A stretch of DNA of 64,000 nucleotides from Elusimicrobiota bacterium (GTDB lineage Bacteria; Elusimicrobiota; Elusimicrobia; UBA1565; UBA9628): the NCBI GenBank assembly GCA_016218545.1, contig JACRDQ010000038.1, positions 66,986 through 130,985 of the forward strand. The letters run 5' to 3'. Below the pieces are notes generated by a model. It did not search any database, was not told where the DNA came from, and saw only the letters and a program-made list of their open reading frames with translations. This document shows, piece by piece, positions 8,827 through 18,200 of the stretch. How positions within the stretch are numbered: position 1 is the first letter of the stretch; each line of letters opens with the position of its first letter. A program made the translations under genes and the position numbers.

Positions 8827-10191
8827 GTGTCCATGGATGAAGAGCGCGGGTGGTACGGCGTGAGGAAGCTCTCGGTCCTCGTCGTCGACGACGAGGAGGG
8901 CTTCTGCCGCTGCCTCGGCAAGGAGTTCGGCCGCAAGGGCTACGCTGTCTCAGCCGCGCATGACGGCAAGGCCGCCTTGGAGGCCCTCGCGAAGGCCCAG
9001 GCGGACGTCATGCTGCTCGACGTCGTCCTTCCCCGGTTGAGCGGCACGGAGGTCCTCAAGAGGGTCCGGCGGGACCATCCGCGCACCCAGGTCATCATGC
9101 TGACCGGAAACGCCACGGTCGAGACCGCCATCGAGTCCATGAAGCAGGGCGCCTTCGACTACCTGACCAAGCCCGTGAACCTCGCGGAGCTCTGCCTGGT
9201 GGTGGAGAGGGCCTTCGAGGCGACGCGGGTCCGCGCGGAGAACGAGGCCTTGCGCTGGGAGCTGGGCCGGAGGACGAGGTTCGACGAGTTCGTGGGCAAG
9301 CACGCCTCCGTCGTGGAGATCAGGAAGATGGTCTCCAGGGTCGCGGAGACCGACTCTCCGGTCCTCATCTGCGGCGAGACCGGCACGGGCAAGGAGCTGG
9401 TGGCCCGGATGCTCCATCACGAGAGCAGGCGGTCCAAGGCCCGCTTCCTCGCGGTCAACTGCGCCGCGTTCCAGGAGAACCTGCTCGAGACCGAGCTTTT
9501 CGGCCACGAGAAGGGCGCGTTCACGGACGCCGGGGCGCGCAAGCCCGGCCTGGTGGAGCTGGCGGACGGCGGGACCCTTTTCCTCGATGAGATCGGGAAC
9601 ATGAGCCCCGCGGTCCAGGCCAAGGTCCTGCGCCTGCTCGACGCCGGGGAGTACCGCAGGGTGGGCGGCACCGACGACCTGAAGAGCGCCTGCCGCGTGG
9701 TCAGCGCCACCAACCAGGACCTCGGCAAGGCCATCAAGGACGGCCGTTTCCGGGAGGACCTCTACTACAGGCTCAACGTCGTGATGATCAAGACCCCGCC
9801 CCTGCGCGAGCGCAGGGAGGACGTGCCCCTGCTCGTGGAGCACTTCCTCGACAAGGTGCATGCCTTGCAGACCCGGGGCCGCAAGACCATGAGCCGTCCT
9901 GCCCTGGACCTGATCCTGGGCCATCCCTGGCCGGGGAACGTCCGGGAGCTCGAGAACGCGGTGGAGCGGGCCGTCATCCTGTCCGAGGGCTCGGTCATCG
10001 AGCCCTCGGCCCTGTGCCTGCCGTGCCTGGAGGCGGGGCGCAGCGTGGGCGACGCTCTGGCCGATGTCGAGAAAGCCCACATCCTCGCTGTGCTCGGCCG
10101 CACCGGGGGGAACAAGAGCCAGGCGGCGGCCATCCTCAAGGTCGACGTCAAGACGGTCTACAACAAGCTCAAGGAATTCGGGATCGCGTAG
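8827..10191 (+). CDS. Sigma54-dependent response regulator of the NtrC family (REC, AAA+ and Fis-type HTH domains)
   Basis: A receiver domain is present (VLVVDDEEGF..., D in LLDVVLP). The Walker A motif is GETGTGKE. GAFTGA-type and ESELFGHEKGAFTDA segments are present. The C-terminal HTH is AAILKVDVKTVYNKLKEFGI. Confidence 0.85.
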   Translation: MSMDEERGWYGVRKLSVLVVDDEEGFCRCLGKEFGRKGYAVSAAHDGKAALEALAKAQADVMLLDVVLPRLSGTEVLKRVRRDHPRTQVIMLTGNATVETAIESMKQGAFDYLTKPVNLAELCLVVERAFEATRVRAENEALRWELGRRTRFDEFVGKHASVVEIRKMVSRVAETDSPVLICGETGTGKELVARMLHHESRRSKARFLAVNCAAFQENLLETELFGHEKGAFTDAGARKPGLVELADGGTLFLDEIGNMSPAVQAKVLRLLDAGEYRRVGGTDDLKSACRVVSATNQDLGKAIKDGRFREDLYYRLNVVMIKTPPLRERREDVPLLVEHFLDKVHALQTRGRKTMSRPALDLILGHPWPGNVRELENAVERAVILSEGSVIEPSALCLPCLEAGRSVGDALADVEKAHILAVLGRTGGNKSQAAAILKVDVKTVYNKLKEFGIA

Positions 10192-10223
10192 GGAATATTT
10201 CCACTGTCCGTGGAAATATTCCC
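10191..10223. promoter_or_regulatory. Perfect 14-bp inverted repeat GGGAATATTTCCAC-N5-GTGGAAATATTCCC. It is a candidate enhancer (UAS) for the adjacent sigma54 activator and/or a terminator.
   Basis: Read directly. It begins at the stop codon of the NtrC-like gene. It lies about 100-130 bp upstream of the candidate -24/-12 promoter at 10323-10338. Confidence 0.45.
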
Positions 10224-10322
10224 GGCCGCTTGGGCGCGCCAGCGCCGGGCCTCCCCTTCGTTCCGCCGGTTTCTCGTCGGAGACCGGGCCAGCCCGGTCT
10301 CCCCGGTCTTCGGTCATCCCAT

Positions 10323-10338
10323 TGGCAGGATTGATGCC
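10323..10338 (+). promoter_or_regulatory. Candidate sigma54 (-24/-12) promoter TGGCAG-gattg-ATGC upstream of the FNR-like gene
   Basis: The sequence ttGGcaggattgaTGCca has GG and GC spaced exactly as in the TGGCAC-N5-TTGC consensus. A GGAGG RBS lies at 10355-10359 and the ATG is at 10371. Confidence 0.35.
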
Positions 10339-10370
10339 AGTATCGAAGATGACCGGAGGCATCATCAACC

Positions 10371-11138
10371 ATGGGATACGACAGGACTGCCGCGCCTAAA
10401 TTCGTCTGCCCTCAGCCCGCTTCAGCCGGCTGCGCGGCCTGCACCTGCGAGAAGCGCTGTTTCCTCGGCCTTCTGGACCCGGACCAGCGCCGACGCTTCA
10501 GGGCCGAGAGGATCCACCGGCTCTACCGGTCCAGGCAGATCATCTTCAGCCCAGGGGACGCGCCGCAGGGCCTCATGATCCTCTGCCGCGGCTCGGTCCG
10601 GATCGCCTTCACCACGGAGCAGGGCCGCCAGGTCACGGTGGGCTACGCTTCCTGCGGGGAACTGCTGGGCGAGGCGGCCTATGTGGCAGGCAAGCCGCAC
10701 GCCTTCACGGCCGAGGCTCTGGGGGACTCCTTCGTGAGCTTCCTTCCCAAGGCCCTCTCGGACGAGCTCCTGGCGGAATCTCCCAAGCTGGCCCGCCGCG
10801 TGGCCGAGGACTCCTGCGGAAGGTACTGCGCGACCGCCAAGCTCGCGTCCAACTGGATCCTCAAGTCCGCCGACGCCAAGCTGGCCGAGTTCCTCCTTTC
10901 GGATGAGGCTGGAGCGGTCCCGGACATGCCCTGCAAGCCCCATCAGCGCCTGAGCCGGAAAAGCCTTTCCGAGCACGTGGGACTTGCGCCTGAGACCGTG
11001 ATCCGGAGGCTCAGCGACTTCAAGAGGCGCGGCCTGGTCCGGTTCGCGGGCAAGGCCGTGGAGATCGTTGACCGCGGAGCGCTCGCTGCCGTGGCCTCGG
11101 ACCACGGCCAGGCCGCCGCCTCGGCGATCTGGACCTAG
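10371..11138 (+). CDS. CRP/FNR-family transcription factor with an N-terminal Cys cluster (FNR-like redox sensor)
   Basis: The N-terminus is CPQPASAGCAACTCEKRC, with five Cys in a C-x7-C-x2-C-x-C-x3-C arrangement. A cNMP-binding beta-roll follows (IIFSPGDAPQGLMILCRGSVRI). The C-terminal HTH is SRKSLSEHVGLAPETVIRRLSDF. Confidence 0.8.
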   Translation: MGYDRTAAPKFVCPQPASAGCAACTCEKRCFLGLLDPDQRRRFRAERIHRLYRSRQIIFSPGDAPQGLMILCRGSVRIAFTTEQGRQVTVGYASCGELLGEAAYVAGKPHAFTAEALGDSFVSFLPKALSDELLAESPKLARRVAEDSCGRYCATAKLASNWILKSADAKLAEFLLSDEAGAVPDMPCKPHQRLSRKSLSEHVGLAPETVIRRLSDFKRRGLVRFAGKAVEIVDRGALAAVASDHGQAAASAIWT

Positions 11139-11259
11139 CGGGGCCTTTTGAGCCGGCTCAGCCTCTCCAGAACCTCGGTCCAGGCCGGCCGGACTCCCTC
11201 GTCCTGGAACCTCAAGCACCCGGTCTGCGTGAAGCGCGGCAGCAAGGTGCCGGACTTAT

Positions 11260-11300
11260 CCACAAACTCTTCTTACGAGGAGTTTGTGGCTGACTTTCTG
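11260..11300. terminator. Bidirectional rho-independent terminator candidate between the convergent FNR-like and PLD genes
   Basis: CCACAAACTC-(10-nt loop)-GAGTTTGTGG is a perfect 10-bp stem. It is followed by ctgactttctg and sits in a locally AT-richer patch. Confidence 0.45.
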
Positions 11301-11373
11301 CGGGCGTCTTGGCCGGGGTGGCGGTGGCAGGGTCCTCAGGGACCCTTTGGCCCGTCCTCGCCAAGCCATCCCG

Positions 11374-14300
11374 CTATCGGGAGGCTCCCACGGGGACGGC
11401 GGGGCTCGCGGATTCCAGCGGCGAGCCTGAATCGTTGTGAGGGGGCGCCCGGGCCGCGATGCCGCGGGGCTTGGGCTTGCGCTTGGGGGGCGCCGGCTTC
11501 CAGCCCTGGAGCCAGAGGCGCTGGAAGTAGACGGTGTAGCCCGCCAGGGTGGCGTCGTCGTCGAAGAAGTTGGCGTTCTCGAAGGAGTTGTTCTCGGCGT
11601 TGGGGGAGTAGTTGAAGGAGCCGGTCTCGAGGAACTTCCCGTCGACCATCATGAGCTTGTTGTGCATCTTCTCGAACATGGGGTCGCCGTCTTCCCCGCG
11701 CGGGCCCTGGATGAGGCGGGTGTCGAAGCCGTGCCAGGCGAACCAGTCGTCGATCTTGGAGACCTTGGACTGGGAGTAGTCCATCACGATGCGGATGGCG
11801 ACCTCGGGCCGGTTGTTCTTGACCTCGAGGAGGGCGTCCGCGATGGCCTGGGAATAGAAGCTGAACATCGCGATCTCGATGGAGACCTTGGCGGCCTTGA
11901 TGGCCCGGATGAGGGCGGCCTCGATCGCGCCCTGCGGGGAGAAGAGCTGGCGCGGGAAGGCCTCATTGCCCAGCTTGATGGGCTGGTCCGTGTCCTGGGG
12001 CGGGGGAGGGTACTCGGGCCTGCGCAAGTGCGTGCCCGAGGCCTCGCCGGCGTCCTGGGCCTCCTGCATGGACCGCAGGGTCCGGGCCAGGATCTCGTCG
12101 AGCTTGGCCATGTCGATGTCCTCGGCCAGGCCGCGCATGTACTGGAAATACTTCAGGTGGGCCGCCACCCGGCCCGCGTCCTTGGTGAAGATGAAGTTCT
12201 CGAAGTGGCTCTGCTCGGCCACGTCGGTCAGGTTGTAGGAGCCGAAGCCGACGAGCCCGTCGTCGACCACCATGATCTTGTTGTGCATGACCCCGCTGCG
12301 CTTGCCGCGCAGGATCTTGACGTCGAATCCCTCCTTGATGAGGGCCACGACCTGGGGCTTGGGCTTCCTGGGCTGGTCCTCGTGGTTGATGCCCGAGGTG
12401 TAGACATGGTTGCGGTCGAGCACGAGCTCGACCTTGACCCCGCGGGTCTTGGCCCGGCGCAGGGCCTCGAGGATGGACTCGGAGGTGAACTCGTAGAGGG
12501 CCAGGCGGATGGTCTTCTTGGCCGCGTCGATGGCCTTGATGATGTTGGGGGCGATGGGGTGGTCCGGCAGGAGCGCGTAGGAGGGCAGTTGGGCGCCGTT
12601 GAAATCCACGATGGGCGCGGCCGGGAGGTCCGGGAGGTCCGGCGCCGGCGGGGTGGGCTTGGGCGGCGGAGGGTTGAGGATGTCGTGCAGGAGCTCCTCA
12701 TCCGTGGGGAGGACGGGCAGCTGCGCGGGCTTGGCGAACGCCTGCGCGATCTTGAACATGTGCTCGAAGGCGAAGGAGAAGGCCGCGGCGTCGGTCTTGT
12801 CGTCGAGGAAGTGCGCGTTCTCGTAGTTGTCCACCGAGGCGCGCTTCGTCCAGTTGGCCGAGCCGGTCTCGACGATCCTGCCGTCGAGGATCATGAACTT
12901 GTGGTGCGTCTTCTCCGCCATGGGGAAGTCGCTGTCCGGGTTGGGGCCGGCCAGGGTCTTGACCGCGATGCCCTTGCTCGCCAGCCACTGGACGAACGGG
13001 CCGAAGTACTCCGAGGTGGACTGGCTCTCGTCCATCACCATGCGGACCTTCACCCCGCGCTCATGGGCGCGGACCAGGGCGTCCGTGATCCTGCGCGAGC
13101 GCAGGGCGAACATGGCCACGTCCACGGACTTCTTGGCCGCGTCCAAGCCCTTGACCACCGCGTCCTCGAACGCGGTGCCGTCGGGCATGAAGAGGATGGC
13201 GGGCAGGGCCGTGCCGTTCAAGTCCACGGTCCCGGCCTGGGTCCCGGCCGGGGGCTTGGCCGGGGTCTGCGGCCAGGAGTGCTCCCTGGCCTGGGCGAAG
13301 GGCACGCTGATGCCCAGGAGGTAGTCGTAGTACTCTTTGAGGGCCCAGACCCGGCTCTTCTGCGTGGTGAAGAGGGCGTTCTCGTAGTGGCTGTTCTCTG
13401 AGGTGAAGGAGTAGTTGTAGGAGCCGAACTGCGCGAGCCTGCCGTCGAAGATGGCGAACTTGTTGTGGTTGATGCCGTAGGCCGTCACCCCGCGCAGGAC
13501 GCGCAGGTCGTAGCCGTCGCGGATGAGGCTCCAGAGCTCGTTGGAGCGGCGCATGCGGTAGGCCGCGTCCGGGTCGTTCTTGGGGAAGACGTTGGAGTAA
13601 TCGACGATGAGTTGGATCTTGACCCCGCGGCGCTTGGCCCGGGCCAGGGCGTCCATGACGGCCCGGTTCTTGAACTCGTAGAGGGCCAGGCGGATGGTCT
13701 TGCGGGAGGCCTTGATGGCCTTGACGATCTCGTCTTCGACCGGGACATTGGGCCGCAGGGCCACGGAGGGGAACTCTTTGTTGTTGAAGGTGACCGTGCG
13801 GACCGGATAGTCCGCGCCGCCGCCGTCGTCCGAGTTGGAGGCAGGCTCCTCGGCCTTGGCCCTGCCCCTGCCCGCGGTCTCGTAGTCGAGCCCGGCGGAC
13901 TCGTAGTCGAGCCCTGCGGCCTCGTAGTCGATGGGGCTGGCGGCCAGGTCCGCGCCGGCGACCGCGCCTGCGGCCGCGCTCTCGGCGCCGAGCTTGAAAT
14001 CGAAGCTGCGGTCCGCGTACTCCTTCTGGCCCTGCAGGTCCGCGGCCTTGGGCTCGGCGAAGGGGACCTCGGCCGAGAGGCGCTCGAAGGCGCCGCGTCC
14101 CGCCTCCTCGGAGCCGGCCGCTTCCTGGGTCTTGACCGGGGTCTTGGAGACCGACAGGACGGAGGACGGCAGCGAGGTCTCGGGAGTCGCGAAGCTTCGG
14201 CCTGCCTCCGGTGCCGCGGGGAGGGCGGGCTGGGCCAGGACGGGCAGGCCCGGCTGCGCGGTGTCGGAGAGAGCGGGAGCGGCCACGCTGTTGACGCTCG

Positions 14301-14493
14301 GGGCGAGGAAGCCCGAGCCGCCGGTGAGCCGGTCGAGCCGCAGGTCCATGGCCGGGGCCGACATGGACACCGGGACCGCGGGGATGGCGTTGTTGCCGGA
14401 CGGCAGGCTCACGGCTCGGATCTGCTGGGCCAGCCCCGACGAGGGCGTGGTCCAGAGGATGATGGCGAGCGCCCAGAGCGCTGCGCGAGGCAT
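11374..14493 (-). CDS. Secreted PLD-superfamily protein with four HKD motifs (two complete catalytic units), 1039 aa
   Basis: Signal peptide MPRAALWALAIILWTTPSSGLAQQ, then a Pro/Ala/Leu-rich low-complexity leader. Four HxK(x4)D(x6)GSxN motifs are present: HNKFAIFDG..GSYNYS, HHKFMILDG..GSANWT, HNKIMVVDD..GSYNLT and HNKLMMVDG..GSFNYS. Confidence 0.8.
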   Translation of the reverse strand: MPRAALWALAIILWTTPSSGLAQQIRAVSLPSGNNAIPAVPVSMSAPAMDLRLDRLTGGSGFLAPSVNSVAAPALSDTAQPGLPVLAQPALPAAPEAGRSFATPETSLPSSVLSVSKTPVKTQEAAGSEEAGRGAFERLSAEVPFAEPKAADLQGQKEYADRSFDFKLGAESAAAGAVAGADLAASPIDYEAAGLDYESAGLDYETAGRGRAKAEEPASNSDDGGGADYPVRTVTFNNKEFPSVALRPNVPVEDEIVKAIKASRKTIRLALYEFKNRAVMDALARAKRRGVKIQLIVDYSNVFPKNDPDAAYRMRRSNELWSLIRDGYDLRVLRGVTAYGINHNKFAIFDGRLAQFGSYNYSFTSENSHYENALFTTQKSRVWALKEYYDYLLGISVPFAQAREHSWPQTPAKPPAGTQAGTVDLNGTALPAILFMPDGTAFEDAVVKGLDAAKKSVDVAMFALRSRRITDALVRAHERGVKVRMVMDESQSTSEYFGPFVQWLASKGIAVKTLAGPNPDSDFPMAEKTHHKFMILDGRIVETGSANWTKRASVDNYENAHFLDDKTDAAAFSFAFEHMFKIAQAFAKPAQLPVLPTDEELLHDILNPPPPKPTPPAPDLPDLPAAPIVDFNGAQLPSYALLPDHPIAPNIIKAIDAAKKTIRLALYEFTSESILEALRRAKTRGVKVELVLDRNHVYTSGINHEDQPRKPKPQVVALIKEGFDVKILRGKRSGVMHNKIMVVDDGLVGFGSYNLTDVAEQSHFENFIFTKDAGRVAAHLKYFQYMRGLAEDIDMAKLDEILARTLRSMQEAQDAGEASGTHLRRPEYPPPPQDTDQPIKLGNEAFPRQLFSPQGAIEAALIRAIKAAKVSIEIAMFSFYSQAIADALLEVKNNRPEVAIRIVMDYSQSKVSKIDDWFAWHGFDTRLIQGPRGEDGDPMFEKMHNKLMMVDGKFLETGSFNYSPNAENNSFENANFFDDDATLAGYTVYFQRLWLQGWKPAPPKRKPKPRGIAARAPPHNDSGSPLESASPAVPVGASR

Positions 14494-14670
14494 ACTATAG
14501 GATAGGCCCGAGACGGGGGTCCGGGTGAGGGCATTCAGGCCCAGGAAAGGGGAGGCATCGGGCCCCTCCCGGCCTGGGGCCTAGGGCCTAGTGAGGGTGT
14601 AGCCCCGGGCCGTGACCTCGGTGCAGGTCCTGCGGCATTTGATACCATGAGAGGACGCGAGGAGGCATGA

Positions 14671-15240
14671 ATGGGACTCTTTGATCTGCTGAAGGGACTG
14701 CTGGGCGGCGGGAGCGACAAGGGCAAGGTCGAGCCCGCCTTCATCCAAGGCGAGAGCGGCCAGGTCATCGTGCACCGGCATTCAGGCTTCCGGTTTCCGC
14801 AGGACGTGAGCGAGTATGTGGGCGTGGGCCCCACCCAATACGACGAGAAGGGCCTCGACGTCTCGGTGGGCTATAACCATGCCAAGCTCATGGGCCTGGC
14901 CGTGACCGTCTATGTCTATCCCGATTCCGGGGGGCCTGGGTCCCTGGCCGGACAGTACGAGGGGTGCAAGGCCGAGGTCAGCGGAGCGCACGCGAGCGTC
15001 AAGGTCCTTTCCGAGGAGGTCCTCTCCGGGGCTCCGAACGGGACCCAGACCGAGGGGCGCAAGGCCTTGTTCTCCTTTGAGGACGAGCTCGGTGGCATCA
15101 ATCTCTCCTCCCTGTCGGAGCTCTGGCTCTTCTCCCACAAAGGCTTCTTCATCAAGTTCCGCGCCAGCTACCCGGATTCGATGAAGCCGCACGCGCCGCA
15201 GGCCGTGGTCGGTCTTATTAAGGAACTTAGTTGGCCCTGA
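14671..15240 (+). CDS. Hypothetical protein, 189 aa
   Basis: ORF with a plausible start and no recognisable motifs. It is convergent with the giant CPBP fusion gene. Moderate GC, about 62%. Confidence 0.35.
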   Translation: MGLFDLLKGLLGGGSDKGKVEPAFIQGESGQVIVHRHSGFRFPQDVSEYVGVGPTQYDEKGLDVSVGYNHAKLMGLAVTVYVYPDSGGPGSLAGQYEGCKAEVSGAHASVKVLSEEVLSGAPNGTQTEGRKALFSFEDELGGINLSSLSELWLFSHKGFFIKFRASYPDSMKPHAPQAVVGLIKELSWP

Positions 15241-15286
15241 GTGCCGTCGCCTATCTGCCGCCAGGGCCCGAGGCTCTCAAGTCCTC

Positions 15287-18200
15287 TTACAGCGGACCAG
15301 CGTCTTCAAAAGTGCCTTTTCGTATTTTGTCTTCCTGATCCAGGTAGTCCAACAAGGTCTTGTGAGTCTCTATCCAAGGATGGGCCACCCGCTGTTCGGA
15401 CAAATCTCTTCTGGCAGCGATGTTCGCGATCGTACTTTTCCGCAATCCAGCCCTGAGCAGGCGGCGTAGGAGTGGAGAGTTGTCGCGACCATGCACGTAT
15501 TCTTTTCTCAGACCCGCGAAGAATGCCTCATCCAAACAGCCGAAGACAGCATCGAAATATGCCTTCTTCAGGCCGCACCGGGCGCTCAAGATTTCCAATT
15601 GATTCCATATGTATTCTTCCGCTTTTTCCAATTCCAGCTGGCTCAGGCTTCCCGCGGCGATGCCTTGCAGGGCGGCATGGAGGGTCTGCTTGGCCTTTCT
15701 TTCCGAAGTCTGCCACTCCACGAGTTGTTGGATATGGCCGCTGATGGTATCGCTACGGAGGATCTGGGTCCGTTTGCGTGCATATTCAGGCAGCGGCTTG
15801 GCGTAAGAAAAAGCCAACGCCACGGTTCGGTCCACCCGCCTTCGATTCACTCCTGCCAGCCGCAGAAGCCCCAGATCGAACTCATGAAATGCGTCGTCCC
15901 CATAGGGGCCGATCTTGCCGCCCTTGACCTCGCCTCCCTGGGTGGCGTAGTGAACCAAAGCCGTGGTCAAGGAATGGGTCAGATAACTCGCCTGATTATT
16001 GTCGTTCTCCGCGCTGCCTCGATAGGCGCTTAGCAGAAGGTCGAACACCGCGGGGATGACGAGGATTTTTGAGCCGACGTTCCAAAACCTGAATCCCGCT
16101 TCTTTCAAGGCCCCAGGCATGATCTGTGGATCCAAGCCCAGGGCCCGCCACAAACGCGCCACATCCCTTTTTGTGAATGAGACTTCTCCTATCTTGCGTC
16201 TTAGGGGAACCATCCCCTTGAGCACCGTGTCCCGGCCGGCATAGGTCAACAGCAACTCCGTGTTCTGCGAAATGATCGCATTCTGATGATTCCACAAGAT
16301 GGCCCGCATGATGGTCGCGGGATCTGCCTGTTCCTGCTGGATCCGATCGTACTGCTCCGTTTGTAGCCAGTATCTGATGCGGATAAGATCCGGGGCGGCC
16401 TGATAGCGGAAGAACATCCCCGGATTGATGTCTCGGATGGAGCGGCTATACAGGTTGCGGGTATAGTCGTCCGCGCGCAGGATTTCGGCCATCGCCTCAT
16501 AGGGCAGGCGGCGGGTCAAGTCTTCGGGGAGGTTGAGATAGAAGTTCAGATGTTCGAAATCCAATTGTTCGTCGTTGGAGGAGATCGCCTTGGCGATAGG
16601 TGAGAGGCCGGCGGGCTGGTTCAGCATCCTGTGAGCTTGGCGGAAATCAGGCATCTGCATCAAGCCCTTGATCACATGATCCGACATGCTGCCGCTGACG
16701 CCCGCAGCCTTCATGGATTTGATCGCCGCACCCAGGAGCCGCGACAAGCCCGCGTGAAACCAGAAATCAGCTCGTTGGTCGGCATCGGGAGCGGCCGAAA
16801 GCATGTCCAAAAGGGAATCGGGGGAATCCCGCGGCAAGCCCGCCTTGAACAAAGAGGGACCTAGCTTGAGGAACGCAGCGACGGCCGTTGGAGGATCGTG
16901 ATGTTTCGCCAAATGAAAGACGAGGTAGATGCCGTCGCCGTACAAGCTGCTCCCCCATCGGGCCTTGGCCGAGATCAGGGTATGAAGGGCTGTGGCGCTG
17001 GCCGCGGCATCAGGACGTCGACTGAGCGAGACCAAGGCATCGGACATATGGGGGTCATGAGAGACTACACTCAAGGAAACCATGAGTTCGCGCAGGGCCG
17101 CAGCGTCAGACTTGGGATCAGGCCCGGCGGCCACGGACGAGAGCATGTCGATCGCGGTTTGTTGCGACACGTCGGTAGCGACCCGATACATGGCCGCTAA
17201 AGGCTCAGCGGCGCCGTCGTGAAGGAGTCGCCTCAAATCGATCTGAGGCTGGCCGGCCAATGCGCGCAGAGCCGCCCCTGTTTGGCCGTTATCGAGGCCG
17301 GCTTGTCTAAGGATGGCGGCGACTTGCCCCACGGCCTGGGTTGGGGCGATGTCGCCCAGAACCAGCGGGGCGCCGCCATCCGTGGGCATCATGTCGTTGA
17401 TTGCGGAATCAAGGAAGCGGCTGCTCGCAGCGTCCTCGTTGCCCGTACGGCGGGATTCCGTGACGCGAGCATCGAGCAGCCGGAGAGAATCTACGGCCAC
17501 AGGCGCGTCCGCAGCTTGCGCTTGCTCAGGCGGGACAACGGCTTGACGTCCGCCGCCAGCGTATGGTCTTAGGAGGGCGTAGAGCGTCAGGCTGAAGGCC
17601 AGCGGCAGGCTGACGGCCATGGCGGCGGGCCAGAGCACCAGGGGGCCGAAGACCAGCCCCGCTGCTGCGAGGAGGGCCCATCCGGACACGGGGTTGGCCG
17701 GCCGTTCCTTGCCGAGCATGCTCCTCAGGGACGCCGCCGCGGCGGCGAGCCCCACCGCGGCGATGCCCAGGGTCGCGGCCCTCCCCGCCGGGGCGAAGAG
17801 CAGGCCCGCCATGGCCATGGCGAACCACATGCCGTTGTAGAAGGCGTGGTGCGTGATGGAGCCCGCCAGCCCGTGCTTCTCGAAGACCCATGAGAGCATC
17901 AGGGAGCCCGCGAGCCTCAGGCCGAAGAGGAGGGGGTCGGAGGTCTCGTGCAGGGCCACGAAAACGAGCGAGCTCGCCAGGGCCGCGACCCCGAAGGCGC
18001 CCCGGCTCCAGAACTTCGAGACGACCTTCTTGAGGCCGCCCTGCAGGAACTGCCGGAACAGGAGCTCCTCGAGGACCGGGGCCATGACCGACACGGAGAA
18101 GAGGAGGCTGGCGATCTCGCTGATTCCCATGCCTGGGCCGAACACCGGGCCCTGGTAGTTCGAATGCGGGACGTAGCCCAGGGCGCCTGCGAGGGCCTTG

